DNA from: Microgenomates group bacterium
GTDB taxonomy: Bacteria > Patescibacteriota > Microgenomatia > Daviesbacterales > UBA10151
DNA: 64,000 nt
Reading direction: 5' to 3'
Assembly (NCBI GenBank): GCA_041659805.1
Contig: JBAZXP010000001.1
Span: forward strand, 192,589 to 256,588
Position numbers and translations under genes: made by a program
Notes under the pieces: generated by a model
What the model was told of the DNA's origin: nothing
The model's database searches: none
The model's input: the letters and a program-made list of their open reading frames with translations, nothing else
Shown here: piece after piece, positions 46,629 to 57,361 of the stretch
Layout: each line of letters begins with the position of its first letter
How positions within the stretch are numbered: the stretch's first letter is position 1

Positions 46629-46641
46629 GTAACTTATTATA

Positions 46642-48471
46642 CTATTGTTTTGTTCCGACCTTAATTACTTTTTGCCAAGGACGGAAGTTTGATCTGATTA
46701 TTTCATCAACTAAAGTTTCGCCATTTCTTATAACCGTTCTTTTGAACTGAACATTCATCCCCCAAATTGAATGCTCTGTTTCCTGCTCTACCCCTATTGG
46801 CAAATTTGGATCATCTTGTCTGAGTTCCGGTGGTGGGGCAGTTTGGCTTAAAATAACAGGCTTTTCAATAGTTGTGATCCTTCCGTCAGAAGTTCCATAA
46901 ATCTTATAGGTAAGGGTAGTGCCAACCATATAGTTTTGAATTAAGATATATGAACCAGTATCGTTTTTAACCTTAAGATCAACATATGGGGGATAGACTG
47001 TGGCATCTATTCCTGGAGGGGATCCTCCTTGTTCGTAAAATCCAACTCGGTAAGCATGGGCATGTCTTTCAACAATTGGGAGTCCTGCATTTAAGGCAGC
47101 GCGGAAAAGAGTTGTGGAAACCTGACAGACTCCACCACCATCATCCAGCACAGTTTTTCCCTCTTTGATAACATATGCTTGTTTATAGCCGGTTGCAGCA
47201 GTAACTTCTCCCAGATATTGATCAAAAGAAAAAATTTCACCGGGAGGAACTAAAATACCATTAATCCTTGTGGAAGCCAGACCGATATTAAAAACTCTGT
47301 TAGGAATGGAATCCACGAAGCTTGAGGTACCTGTTCCTAGCAATTCTTTTATACCGTAGCTATTAACCTCATTGGTAGTATTTTTAGGATAAGTGGTGTC
47401 AACAGGGAGAGGGATATTGGTTGCGGTATCGTCAATAACAGCTTTGGAAACAAGCCCAGAGGCTTTAGAAATATTTAATTGCTGTCCTGGTTGGCCAGGT
47501 TCAAACTCGGTAACCCTGATAGCACCTTCATCAAAAATAAATTTTGCTTCTTTTAAAGGCTGATCAATTGTTTTGGCAATATTCTTTAGATATACATTTA
47601 GGAGATCAGGATCAAGTAGTAGTTGGCTGTCAGAAAAAGTAGTTTGACCGAAATTAATACCCTCTATAGAAAATGTTTGATTTCCATCTTCATAAGACAA
47701 AAGTTCAGTTTTAGTTTTATCAAAATCCAAAAGGCTGTATAGGGTAGCTTGGTCGATAGTCCAGGAATTATCTTTAAAGACAAGTTTGATCGGAGATGTT
47801 TTTACGCGGTCGAGAGCTTTTTTGTATTTCTCTGCTTTGGATGTTGTGAGACTTGGTGAAAGTGGCTTAACCATAACCACTTTTGGTGGAAGATAATTTT
47901 GAATAAGATAATTTTCTATGGCAGATAAAAGCTTTTTGTCATCAACCTCGATTCCGTTTTGGGAAGGTGTAATTGTAATGGTGTCTGCAAAAACGATTTG
48001 TGCAGGGATAGCCTCTTTTTTAATTTGTTGATTAATGGCTGATATTTGGGATAGAAGCAGGGATTTATTTTTAAACTTTAACTGCGGAATAAAGTTCTGT
48101 CCTACAAGAAGAAGTTTTGCTTGGGTTTCCAGATCAATAAAAACATTCCCTGATCTGCCGGCAAGTGCAGCCTTGGTGATAGTCTCGTCTAGATTCGCGT
48201 CCGGCAGAGCAGATTCTAAATTAATATTAAAAGTTTGATCTAAGTAATGAAGTTCAAGGGTTGATTTGCTCCTTTTTTTAAACTCTGCGTTTAAATTGTT
48301 GCCGGACATAGCTACATTTTGCCCTGTTACATTAATTCCGGCGATTTTTACTCCAGGAAAAAACTTGTCCTTATAAAAACTAACAAAGAAAAAATAGGAA
48401 AGTAGAACCAAAGAAATAGCAATAAAGACAACTGACAATATAAATCTGAGCTTGCGGTAGAACTTTTTCAT
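46642..48471 (-). CDS. VanW-family protein with PG-binding repeats
   Basis: NRVFNI, PGEIFSF, GGGVCQVSTTLFRAALNAGLPIVERHAH, DATV. Confidence 0.9.
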   Translation of the reverse strand: MKKFYRKLRFILSVVFIAISLVLLSYFFFVSFYKDKFFPGVKIAGINVTGQNVAMSGNNLNAEFKKRSKSTLELHYLDQTFNINLESALPDANLDETITKAALAGRSGNVFIDLETQAKLLLVGQNFIPQLKFKNKSLLLSQISAINQQIKKEAIPAQIVFADTITITPSQNGIEVDDKKLLSAIENYLIQNYLPPKVVMVKPLSPSLTTSKAEKYKKALDRVKTSPIKLVFKDNSWTIDQATLYSLLDFDKTKTELLSYEDGNQTFSIEGINFGQTTFSDSQLLLDPDLLNVYLKNIAKTIDQPLKEAKFIFDEGAIRVTEFEPGQPGQQLNISKASGLVSKAVIDDTATNIPLPVDTTYPKNTTNEVNSYGIKELLGTGTSSFVDSIPNRVFNIGLASTRINGILVPPGEIFSFDQYLGEVTAATGYKQAYVIKEGKTVLDDGGGVCQVSTTLFRAALNAGLPIVERHAHAYRVGFYEQGGSPPGIDATVYPPYVDLKVKNDTGSYILIQNYMVGTTLTYKIYGTSDGRITTIEKPVILSQTAPPPELRQDDPNLPIGVEQETEHSIWGMNVQFKRTVIRNGETLVDEIIRSNFRPWQKVIKVGTKQ

Positions 48472-48513
48472 AGTAAACCAAATTTTAATGGTATTTGATT
48501 GTATAATCAATGT

Positions 48514-49830
48514 ATGAGGAATTTAATTATTATCGTTATTGTTGTTGCGCTTATCGCCGGTATTATATTTTGGCGTTTCGGAGATGCGATAATGAACTCG
48601 GTTAATAAACCAAATCCTGAGAATGAGCAAGTCATATTAACCTGGTGGGGGCTTTTTGATGAAGAGCAGGTATATCGGACTGTGATTGCTACATACGAAC
48701 AAGACCATCCTAACGTAAAAATTGTTTATTCCAAGGAGTCAACCTTAAATTACCGTCCAAGACTTCAGACTCAGTTAAGAGCCGGGCAAGGCCCGGATAT
48801 TTTTATGATCCATTCGTCATGGGTGCCGATGTTTGCAGGTGATTTGGCTGCTGCACCGGAAACTATTTTCCCCACTAATTCTTTTGTCACTGCTTACTAT
48901 CCTATTGTTAAAGATAATTTAGTTGTTGCAAATAGAGTTTATGGAATTCCGATGGAGGTTGATGGATTGGGAATGTATTACAACGAAGATATATTAAGGT
49001 TTGCCGGAGTAGATGTGCCTAAAACCTGGCAGCAATTTTTGGATGCTGCAAGAAAACTGACTGTTAAAAATGACAAAGGTCAAATTCAAACAGCCGGCGC
49101 ATCCCTCGGGACAGCTTCCAATGTTGATGATTGGCCGGAAATCTTAGGATTACTTTTTTTACAACAACCGAGCACCTCTTTAGCGTCCCCCGGATCTAAA
49201 GGAGGAGTAGACGTCATCCGTTTTTATACCAGTTTCATTATTGATCCGCAAAATAAAACCTGGGATGTAACTCTGCCTAACTCTACTCAAATGTTTATTG
49301 ACGGAAAATTGGCTTTTTACTTTGCTGATTCAAAAAAAGCAGCCGAAATTCAAAGTGCAAATCCTAATTTAAAATTTAAGGTCGCACCTGTGCCGCAACT
49401 CCCGGGAGGAGAAACTAACTGGGGCGGGTTTTGGGATTACTCGGTTTCTACCAAACAAACATACACAGAAGCCTGGAAATTCTTACAATATTTATCTACA
49501 CCTCAGGCAATGCAGGTTTTATATCAGCAAAAAACACAAAATCAATTGGTAGGAGACGCTTTCCCAAGGCGGGATATGGCAGATTTACTTGTTAATGATC
49601 CTATTCTGGGAGCATATGTTTCTGAAGCTCCAACAATGAAGGGTTGGTTTTTAAATTCTAAAATAAAGGATGCAGGAATAAATGATGAAGTAATTTCTTT
49701 ATACGGAAAAGCCGTGAATGATGTACTCTCAGGATCCTCTCCAGAACAAGCTTTACAGGGAATGGATGTAAAGATAAAAGTAATTATCGATAAATATACC
49801 AAAGCCCCAACCCCTACAATAAAGAAATGA
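48514..49830 (+). CDS. sugar ABC-type extracellular solute-binding protein (TM-anchored)
   Basis: LTWWG, GQGPDIF, YGIP...LGMYYNED, PKTW, AWKFLQYL. Confidence 0.85.
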   Translation: MRNLIIIVIVVALIAGIIFWRFGDAIMNSVNKPNPENEQVILTWWGLFDEEQVYRTVIATYEQDHPNVKIVYSKESTLNYRPRLQTQLRAGQGPDIFMIHSSWVPMFAGDLAAAPETIFPTNSFVTAYYPIVKDNLVVANRVYGIPMEVDGLGMYYNEDILRFAGVDVPKTWQQFLDAARKLTVKNDKGQIQTAGASLGTASNVDDWPEILGLLFLQQPSTSLASPGSKGGVDVIRFYTSFIIDPQNKTWDVTLPNSTQMFIDGKLAFYFADSKKAAEIQSANPNLKFKVAPVPQLPGGETNWGGFWDYSVSTKQTYTEAWKFLQYLSTPQAMQVLYQQKTQNQLVGDAFPRRDMADLLVNDPILGAYVSEAPTMKGWFLNSKIKDAGINDEVISLYGKAVNDVLSGSSPEQALQGMDVKIKVIIDKYTKAPTPTIKK

Positions 49831-49867
49831 AAAATGCTTTGATTTTACATGTAAAATATACCTAAAG

Positions 49868-50518
49868 ATGGAAAAAAATATTTTTGTGTTTGGAGCTAGT
49901 ACCACCCATGGATATTGGGATATAGAAGGTGGTTGGGTGGCAAGACTCAGAAAAGCTGTTGATCAAAAGGTTTTAGCAACTAATTTTGAATTTTATTGCT
50001 CAGTTTATGAATTAGGAGTGTCTGGAGATGATTCTGGGGATATCTTGGCCAGATTTGAATTTGAAGCCACTAAAAGAATGTGGCCAGGGGACGAAGTAAT
50101 CTTTATTTTTTCAGCAGCGATTAATGATGCCATTGTGAATATAGATGATGGAAGTCTTAAATGCCCGCCTGAAAAATATAAGGAAAATGTTAAAGAATTA
50201 ATCAAGTTAGCTAAAAAGTACTCACAAAAAATTATTTTTGTTGGAACATTACCAGTAGATGAAGAAAAAGTTGATCCGATCCCCTGGCTAGAAGGTCATG
50301 CTTATCGAAACCAACTAATTGGGGAATATAACAAAACGACCGAAGATATTTGCAAAGAAAATGATATTCCTTTTATTAAGGTCTTTGAGGATTTTATTCA
50401 TGGAGATTATAAAAAAATTCTAGAGGATGGCGTTCACCCAAACACAGAAGGGCATAAGATTGTTTTTGAAAAAGTAAGAGATTATTTAATTGAGCACCAA
50501 ATCATTGATTTAACGTGA
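49868..50518 (+). CDS. SGNH/GDSL hydrolase
   Basis: FGASTTHG, LGVSGD, INDA, DGVHPN. Confidence 0.85.
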   Translation: MEKNIFVFGASTTHGYWDIEGGWVARLRKAVDQKVLATNFEFYCSVYELGVSGDDSGDILARFEFEATKRMWPGDEVIFIFSAAINDAIVNIDDGSLKCPPEKYKENVKELIKLAKKYSQKIIFVGTLPVDEEKVDPIPWLEGHAYRNQLIGEYNKTTEDICKENDIPFIKVFEDFIHGDYKKILEDGVHPNTEGHKIVFEKVRDYLIEHQIIDLT

Positions 50519-51446
50519 GTAGAGGGAGATTGACGAGTTGAACTTCCGGTTCCAGAGTAACTCCAAATTTTTCTTTAACATCTTTGATTAAGTCTTTAGC
50601 AAGTTCAGTAAAATCTGAAGCTTTGCCATGGCCTGTATTGATGATTAAATTGGCATGAGCATCAGATACCTGCACGTCTCCAACTTTTTTTCCTTTGGCA
50701 TTAACGCTTTCAAGTAAATATCCTGCAGTTACTTTTCCGTGAACAATTTTATCTTCCGGGATTAGTTTTAAAGCAGTTTCAGGCATTTTTTCAATTGGAA
50801 TATTTTTGAAAAAAGAACCAGGGCTTTTCCCTTGCCCATATTTTAAAGCAGAACGCTTCTTCAAAACATCTTTCACTTGTGCCTCCAAGGCCTGGCCCTG
50901 GAGCTTCACTAGCTTAAAGTGGGCTTCTAAAATAATGTAGTTATTTTTTTTAAAAATAGAATCACGATAATCGAATTTGCATTGCTTATTCATAAAACTA
51001 ATAACTGCTTTTTTCTCTGGGTCAAAACAAACTACTCTGGTAATATTATCTCCAACTGCTGTTCCGTATGCTCCTGCATTTCCATATATTGCTCCACCAA
51101 CAGTACCAGGAATTCCAGCTAGTTTTTCCAGACCAGATAAATTTTGTTTCACTGTGGTAGTAATTAATTGAGAAAGCAAAGTACCAGAACCCACTTTAAT
51201 AATTTGTCTAAAACCAACAATGCTCTTGATATTATTTTTTATTACCAGTCCTGGAAAACCTTTATCAGCAATTAAAATATTACTGCCTGCGCCCATTATT
51301 AAATAAGGTAGTTTTTTGTTAGTTGCCCATTTTACAGCCTCCATCATTTTTTCAGCTGTTTTAGCTTCATAAAAATATTTTGCTGGCCCTCCGACACCGG
51401 ATGTGGTGAGCCCATCTAAAGCAATGTTCTTTTTTGGTTTAATCAT
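50502..51446 (-). CDS. murB: UDP-N-acetylmuramate dehydrogenase
   Basis: GGPA, GAGSNIL, GIPGTVGGAIYGNAGAYG, YRDSIF, GSFFKN, HANLIIN, LEPEV. Confidence 0.95.
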   Translation of the reverse strand: MIKPKKNIALDGLTTSGVGGPAKYFYEAKTAEKMMEAVKWATNKKLPYLIMGAGSNILIADKGFPGLVIKNNIKSIVGFRQIIKVGSGTLLSQLITTTVKQNLSGLEKLAGIPGTVGGAIYGNAGAYGTAVGDNITRVVCFDPEKKAVISFMNKQCKFDYRDSIFKKNNYIILEAHFKLVKLQGQALEAQVKDVLKKRSALKYGQGKSPGSFFKNIPIEKMPETALKLIPEDKIVHGKVTAGYLLESVNAKGKKVGDVQVSDAHANLIINTGHGKASDFTELAKDLIKDVKEKFGVTLEPEVQLVNLPLLTLNQ

Positions 51447-51482
51447 AAAATGAATTATACATTATTTTCACGAGCTTGACTC

Positions 51483-51511
51483 TTGACAATAAAAAAAATC
51501 ATGATTAAAAT
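51483..51511 (+). promoter_or_regulatory. sigma70 promoter of groES
   Basis: TTGACA-N17-TAAAAT. Confidence 0.7.
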
Positions 51512-51560
51512 AGCGAAGCAGTTAATGGATTGCTAGAACTATAAGGTTTTAAACAAAAAT

Positions 51561-51899
51561 ATGGGACGAACATCTAAAACGCAAACAGAAAAAGCCCCTG
51601 CCACCCAATCAGTAAAACCCCTTATGGGCTATGTATTAGTAGAGCCATCAGAAGCAGAAACAAAAACCTTATCCGGTATAATCCTCCCGGAATCAGTCCA
51701 AGAAAAACCAGCGGGTATGGGAAAAGTGATATCATTAGGCGCAGATTTAATGATGGGTGACGGAAAAGTAATGGCTTGTCCGGTTTCTGTTGGTGATAAA
51801 GTTTATTTTAAAAAATGGGGTGGAGATGAAATTAAAATTAATGGTCATGAACTAAAGCTGGTTAAGTTTGATGACTTAATAGCAATAGTGGAGGGATAA
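51561..51899 (+). CDS. groES: co-chaperonin GroES
   Basis: KPLMGYVLV, TLSGIILP..EKP, VGDKVYF..WGGDEI. Confidence 0.93.
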   Translation: MGRTSKTQTEKAPATQSVKPLMGYVLVEPSEAETKTLSGIILPESVQEKPAGMGKVISLGADLMMGDGKVMACPVSVGDKVYFKKWGGDEIKINGHELKLVKFDDLIAIVEG

Positions 51900-51927
51900 G
51901 CAAAGCTTGCGAGCTGCGCTCTAAAAT

Positions 51928-52194
51928 ATGGCAGAAATTAAAAACAGTAAAACAGAGGCGGTAGCAGAAACTGTATTAAATGAAAGTCAATTTAGTGAAA
52001 TTACTGAAGATATAAAAGGTGCATTGGATCATCTTAATTTTGGTCCTCATTTTGAAGGCGATTTTGCCAGAGAAGAGAACGAAAGGTTCAAGGAAATGCT
52101 ATACGCATATCAGGCAGGTATAGCAGTTGGAATGGGTAAAAGAAAACCATTAGAGATTACAGAAGGTGGTCGTTTAAAAACACACGGTATTTAA
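51928..52194 (+). CDS. hypothetical protein between groES and groEL
   Basis: 88-aa ORF filling the intergenic space. Confidence 0.55.
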   Translation: MAEIKNSKTEAVAETVLNESQFSEITEDIKGALDHLNFGPHFEGDFAREENERFKEMLYAYQAGIAVGMGKRKPLEITEGGRLKTHGI

Positions 52195-52204
52195 TAAGGA
52201 AAAT

Positions 52205-53836
52205 ATGGCTAAAATTTTAAAATTTGATTCTGAAGCAAGAGAAAAATTACTTAAAGGGGTTAATATCCTGACAGAAGCTGTGGCTTCAACTTTGGGCCCA
52301 AAAGGCAGAAATGTTGCCATAGACAAAAAATGGGGATCTCCAAATGTGGTGCATGATGGAGTAACTGTGGCTAAAGAAATTGAGTTAGAAGATCCTTTTG
52401 AAAATATGGGAGCACAACTGATTAAAGAAGCAGCTTCTAAAACCAATGATGTGGCAGGAGATGGAACCACCACTGTTACTATTTTAACCCAGGCAATTGT
52501 TGCTGAAGGCTTAAAAAATATTCAAGCCGGAGCAAATCCAATGATGTTACGTCGTGGTATTGAAATTGCAACTTCTGCTGTTGTTGCAGAACTTGCCAAG
52601 ATGAGTAAAAAATTAACTACAGCTGAGGAAATTACTCAAGTAGCTACTATTTCTGCACAAAATGATGAAATTGGAAAATTAATTTCCGAAGCCATTAATA
52701 AAGTAGGTAAAGATGGAGTGGTAACAGTAGAAGAAGGAAAAACCATGGCTATGGGTGTTGATTATAAAGAAGGTATGGAATTTGATAAAGGTTATGCTTC
52801 TGCTTATTTTGTCTCTGATTCAGACCGCATGGAAGCCACAATAGAAGACGCCTATATTTTAATTACAGATAAAAAAATCTCCAGTATGCAGGAACTTTTA
52901 CCTTTCCTGGAAAAATTTGTGGCTGTCAGTAAAAATCTGGTTTTAATTGCTGATGAAATTGATGGTGAAGCTTTAGCTACTTTGGTGATTAATAAAATGC
53001 GGGGAGTATTTAATATTTTGGCAGTAACTGCTCCTGGATTTGGGGATAGAAGAAAGCAAATGTTGGAAGATATAGCAATTTTAACCGGTGGTAATGTAAT
53101 TTCTGCAGATACTGGTCAAAAATTTGAATCAGTTGAAGTAACAGATTTAGGAAGATGTGGAAGGGTTACAGCAACTAAAGACAGTACTTTGATTGTTGAT
53201 GGTAAAGGCTCTAAGTCAGCTATTTCTGCCAGAATCACTCAAATCAGAAAAGAAGTAGAAGCTTCAGATTCAGAATTTGATAAAGAAAAATTAGCAGAAA
53301 GACTAGCAAAACTGACAGGTGGAGTGGCAGTAATTAATGTTGGGGCTGTAACAGAAATAGAAATGAAAGAGAAAAAAGAGAGAGTGATTGATGCAGTGGC
53401 TGCAACTAAAGCTGCAATAGAAGAAGGAATAGTACCAGGTGGAGAAATTGCTTTAATCAGAGCAGGTAAAGTATTAGATAATATTAAAGCTGAAGGGGAA
53501 GAACTACTTGGAATTATGATTGTTAAAAAAGCGCTTGATAAACCATTCAGAAGATTGGTGGCAAATGCAGGACTGGATGAAGGAGTATCTTTATCTAAAA
53601 TAATTGACGCAAAAGAAAATGAAGGTATAGATGTTGTTGATGGAGTTGTTAAAGACTTAGTTAAAGCTGGAATTATTGATCCTGTAAAAGTAACCAGATC
53701 AGTGTTGCAAAATGGAGCATCCGTTGCCACTATGATTATGACAACCCAGGTTTTAATTACTGATAAACCAGAACCAACTCCTCCAGCTCCTCCTATGCCG
53801 GGTGGCATGTCAGGGATGGGTGGTATGGATTATTAA
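52205..53836 (+). CDS. groEL: chaperonin GroEL
   Basis: [37 protein letters not shown]. Confidence 0.98.
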   Translation: MAKILKFDSEAREKLLKGVNILTEAVASTLGPKGRNVAIDKKWGSPNVVHDGVTVAKEIELEDPFENMGAQLIKEAASKTNDVAGDGTTTVTILTQAIVAEGLKNIQAGANPMMLRRGIEIATSAVVAELAKMSKKLTTAEEITQVATISAQNDEIGKLISEAINKVGKDGVVTVEEGKTMAMGVDYKEGMEFDKGYASAYFVSDSDRMEATIEDAYILITDKKISSMQELLPFLEKFVAVSKNLVLIADEIDGEALATLVINKMRGVFNILAVTAPGFGDRRKQMLEDIAILTGGNVISADTGQKFESVEVTDLGRCGRVTATKDSTLIVDGKGSKSAISARITQIRKEVEASDSEFDKEKLAERLAKLTGGVAVINVGAVTEIEMKEKKERVIDAVAATKAAIEEGIVPGGEIALIRAGKVLDNIKAEGEELLGIMIVKKALDKPFRRLVANAGLDEGVSLSKIIDAKENEGIDVVDGVVKDLVKAGIIDPVKVTRSVLQNGASVATMIMTTQVLITDKPEPTPPAPPMPGGMSGMGGMDY

Positions 53837-54190
53837 ATGATTGAACAAAAAACCTCTGGTGCCTCATATAAGGATCTTCAGAAAGCGACTTTAGCTGTAG
53901 TAACAAAATGCGTTTTTAATATTCCGGATAAAAAGACTGCAAAAAGATTATCTTTACGGTATTTTGTTAAAAAGTTAGCACATGATGAGATGGCAACGCC
54001 AAGAAGTAGAGATCATTTAAGAAGCCTAAGAGAATTAAGAAATGAAGCTTATAGAGGTGAATTTGAGAATGTAGTACCTCATTTTGAACAAATTTACAAA
54101 GAAAAAAACCCGGATTGGCGTAACCCTGAAGATACAGTTGAAAGAGGAATAGGTATAGCATTTCGTAATTTGGCTCAAGCATTATCCTAA
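53837..54190 (+). CDS. hypothetical protein
   Basis: 117-aa ORF starting right after the groEL stop. Confidence 0.5.
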   Translation: MIEQKTSGASYKDLQKATLAVVTKCVFNIPDKKTAKRLSLRYFVKKLAHDEMATPRSRDHLRSLRELRNEAYRGEFENVVPHFEQIYKEKNPDWRNPEDTVERGIGIAFRNLAQALS

Positions 54191-54233
54191 AAATTTCACG
54201 CACTATTTTGTCAGATATAGTATTATTAAATCA

Positions 54234-54836
54234 ATGGCTAAGAAAGTGCATTATCAGGAAGCAATAACAGAAAAAGAAAAAAAGGCTTTTGAAAAATTCC
54301 TGGCAGAAGATGAAGAGCTAATTGTGGCAACAGGTTTTGGATCTGTCTACCTTAGATCTTTGTTTATGCAGTTTATAGTGTGGCCAGGTGTGGTTTTTTG
54401 GATTTTGGGATTAGCTTTTGCCTATTTTTCGCAATATAACTTAGGTTACGGACTTCTTTTAGGCCTTGTGCTTTCAATACTTGTTGCTTTTTTGAAAACC
54501 ACCCATGCGTATCATGCTAACCGCTACTTACTTACTACTAGAAGAGTGGTTATCAAAAAAGGATTATTTGCTGTAGAGTTAACAACTGCTCTTTATGACA
54601 AAATTACCCACATTGAAGTAATTCAATCATTTGTGGATAAGCTTCTTTATCATCATGGGAGTATTATTGTAAACACTGCCGGGACGAACAAAGGGGAGAT
54701 TGTTTTAAAATATGTGGATTTCCCTGTTGAATTTAAAAACCTGATGGAAAGAATGATCAACCGTGAACGTGAACAATATGGGGGACATACAGCTTCAATT
54801 ACGACAATAGAAGGTCAATTAGTTGAAGAAGATTAA
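54234..54836 (+). CDS. bacterial PH-domain (bPH_2) membrane protein
   Basis: Two TMs, YLLTTRRVVIKKGL, YDKITHIEV.QS, GSIIVNTAG. Confidence 0.82.
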   Translation: MAKKVHYQEAITEKEKKAFEKFLAEDEELIVATGFGSVYLRSLFMQFIVWPGVVFWILGLAFAYFSQYNLGYGLLLGLVLSILVAFLKTTHAYHANRYLLTTRRVVIKKGLFAVELTTALYDKITHIEVIQSFVDKLLYHHGSIIVNTAGTNKGEIVLKYVDFPVEFKNLMERMINREREQYGGHTASITTIEGQLVEED

Positions 54837-55531
54837 CTGGTTTTTTGAGTATTTACCTGGATTTGTTTAGCATAGGTTGGAAAATCAGGAATGTTTGGCA
54901 AAATATTGGCAGGATTGATATATTTATTATCTTTCATAATTTCCAAATGGGTATGAGGTCCGGTAGTACGCCCGGTTAAACCAACCTGTCCTAAGATTGA
55001 CTCTTTGGTCACCAAATCTCCGGATTTTGCGAATATTTTACCCATATGGCTGTAGGTAGATTTATAGCCTAATTCATGCTCAACAGTGACCTGATTTCCG
55101 TAACCAAAAAAACCATATTTAACGTCGGTTATTTTCCCCTTTAAAATAGGGTGGATAGGCATTCCTAAGCCTATGGCGATATCAACCCCTGGGTGCCAGA
55201 CAGAATAGGTGGTAGTAAGATAACCTGGGTGTGGGAGGGTAAAGGCTTCGGATAAAGTACCTGGTTGAATCTGTTGATCCTGAGAAAAATCTGCTTTAAC
55301 TATTGATTTTTGAATAGGAGGGATAGCCAGGACTGGTTGATATCCGGAAAAGAAAAGCGCAATCATAATCATAAACGCAAACTTTGATGCGAATGACGGC
55401 TTAAAAAATATTGGTAGCTTTCTGTAACCCCTTTTTAACTTTAAAAGCTGATGTTGGGAGATTAGATGATTTAGGCCAAGCCCTTCATTTAATCTCTTAG
55501 GCAAAGTTTTTCGATATAATCGAAAATTCAT
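54833..55531 (-). CDS. M23-family metallopeptidase
   Basis: HPGVD, GYGNQV, YSHM, GRTTGPHTHLE, INP. Confidence 0.9.
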   Translation of the reverse strand: MNFRLYRKTLPKRLNEGLGLNHLISQHQLLKLKRGYRKLPIFFKPSFASKFAFMIMIALFFSGYQPVLAIPPIQKSIVKADFSQDQQIQPGTLSEAFTLPHPGYLTTTYSVWHPGVDIAIGLGMPIHPILKGKITDVKYGFFGYGNQVTVEHELGYKSTYSHMGKIFAKSGDLVTKESILGQVGLTGRTTGPHTHLEIMKDNKYINPANILPNIPDFPTYAKQIQVNTQKTS

Positions 55532-55619
55532 ATCTTTCGCGCAATGCACGAAGTGTAAATTATACCTGAGTTAGGCTCAAAAAGCAAATCTAGGTGCCCT
55601 GATGATATATAATTGAGGA

Positions 55620-56420
55620 ATGAAAAGAAAGTTGTTTTTAGGTTTGGTGTTTGTCTGTGCAATTTTATTAAGTATTCAGATCGGAAAGCAAGTTTTATCT
55701 GAGGTTTTCGGTATAGTTCCCAAAGGTGGTTTAAAAGTTGCGTCAGTCCCGGACGCAACAGTTTATTTAAATGGAATAGAGGTAGGGAAAACCCCATACA
55801 GGGATGATAATTTAAATACCGGCGAATATCTGGTTAAACTTATTAGTGATAATTCAAATTGGCAGGGTAAAATCGTTTTAACAAAAGGAACCCTGTCAGT
55901 TATTAACAGAAGTCTTGCTCCAAGCGTTGCTTCTTCTTCTGGGGAAACATTGGTTTTGGATAAAGGTCAGGGAGTAATAGTTACTTCTTCTCCTGCAGAT
56001 GCTGTCGTAGAGATTGACGGCAAACAAGTTGGGAAAACACCCTTGTTTGTGTCTTTATTATCTTCCGGTGTTCATGGATTTAATATTTCTCATGATGGTT
56101 ATTTAACCAGAGTGGTTGATGTAGTGTTGCCTGCTGACTTAGCACTTCATATTAATGTTGATTTGGCCTTAGTTGAAAGGCATGAAAGTATTACAGTTAC
56201 GCCGACTGTTGCGGTGGTAAAAAAAATAAAAATTAAGCAAACGCCGCTTGGATATTTGCGCCTTAGGGAAAGTCCCAGTATAAACAGTAAAGAAGTTGCA
56301 CAGGTCTCTTCAGGGGAGGAGTTGGAAGTCGTTCTTGAGGTTCCCGGTTGGACTAAAGTTAGGCTAAAAAATAATTTAGAAGGGTATGTGTCTTCGCAAT
56401 ATGTTCAAAAAATACCCTAA
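55620..56420 (+). CDS. PEGA-repeat protein with C-terminal SH3b domain
   Basis: Two S.P..A.V.(L/I)(N/D)G..VGKTP repeats; LRLRESPS...GWTKV...GYVSSQYV. Confidence 0.85.
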   Translation: MKRKLFLGLVFVCAILLSIQIGKQVLSEVFGIVPKGGLKVASVPDATVYLNGIEVGKTPYRDDNLNTGEYLVKLISDNSNWQGKIVLTKGTLSVINRSLAPSVASSSGETLVLDKGQGVIVTSSPADAVVEIDGKQVGKTPLFVSLLSSGVHGFNISHDGYLTRVVDVVLPADLALHINVDLALVERHESITVTPTVAVVKKIKIKQTPLGYLRLRESPSINSKEVAQVSSGEELEVVLEVPGWTKVRLKNNLEGYVSSQYVQKIP

Positions 56421-56422
56421 AA

Positions 56423-57361
56423 TTAATAATTACCCAAATAGTAAACAATAACAATAACCATGATTAGCCACGAGATTACGATTGAAAGAAGTGGTGTGTC
56501 TGTGAGAAGTACTTTTTCCGGTGACTCGCCTTCTTTTTTTTCATAGATCACATACAAGTACCTCATTACACCGTAAATAACGAGCGGCACTGTGATCATC
56601 ATGTATTTAGCTTCTGCAAAAGGAAGTGATCCGATATCCAATCCGAAAATATTATGCCTTAGCGCAACCGGCGATTGTTGAAAAGCAAATAAAGCATAAG
56701 TCAGCCAGGCCGAGTTGGCGAACATAGAAGTTAAGATATCTAAAAGATTTTCAGGATAATGAAGCAAGGTCTCTCTGTGTTTGGCAGCAATATCTTTTTG
56801 TGCCATCAGGGTTAGTTCTGATCGCCTTTTTCCTATTGCAAGAAAAAGAGAGAAAGAAATAATTGATAATAAAAACCAGACATTTAAGTGTGCATCGATT
56901 GCCCAGATACCTGCATAAACCCGGAGGACAAATCCGGCAGCAATTACCATTACATCTAGTAAGATTACTGATTTAAAGTAGGCAGAATAAAAAAGTTGCA
57001 ATAAAAGATATGCGAGCCCTGCATAAAATAATGAAGGACTGGTTAAATAAGCAAGGGGTAGAAGGACAGCAATAAGCCCTATAACAATCGATATTATCAA
57101 CGGAAGCGGTATACTGCCTGAGGCAATTGGGCGGTGAGATTTAATGGGATGTTGTCTGTCTCGTTCTATGTCAAAAACATCATTTAATAAATAAACAGCA
57201 GAAGAAAATCCACAAAATAGGAAGAATGCTTTGGTAATTAAAACAAATGAAGCAGGATTATCGAGTTGACCGGCAAAAACTAGTCCTGCAAACAGGGCAA
57301 AGTTTTTTATCCATTGTCTCGGCCTTGCGGCTCTAAATAATCCCCAAAAGAGTTTAACCAT
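56423..57361 (-). CDS. UbiA-family decaprenyl-phosphate phosphoribosyltransferase-like protein
   Basis: RPRQWIKN, YLLNDVFDIERDRQHPIKSHRPIASG, GFVLRV, GKRRSE. Confidence 0.88.
   Translation of the reverse strand: MVKLFWGLFRAARPRQWIKNFALFAGLVFAGQLDNPASFVLITKAFFLFCGFSSAVYLLNDVFDIERDRQHPIKSHRPIASGSIPLPLIISIVIGLIAVLLPLAYLTSPSLFYAGLAYLLLQLFYSAYFKSVILLDVMVIAAGFVLRVYAGIWAIDAHLNVWFLLSIISFSLFLAIGKRRSELTLMAQKDIAAKHRETLLHYPENLLDILTSMFANSAWLTYALFAFQQSPVALRHNIFGLDIGSLPFAEAKYMMITVPLVIYGVMRYLYVIYEKKEGESPEKVLLTDTPLLSIVISWLIMVIVIVYYLGNY

Noticed and set aside
53239-53808. 189-aa ORF antisense to groEL, and similar shadow ORFs on dnaN, virB4, valS and tsaD
   Set aside because: Expected antisense shadows of codon-biased genes
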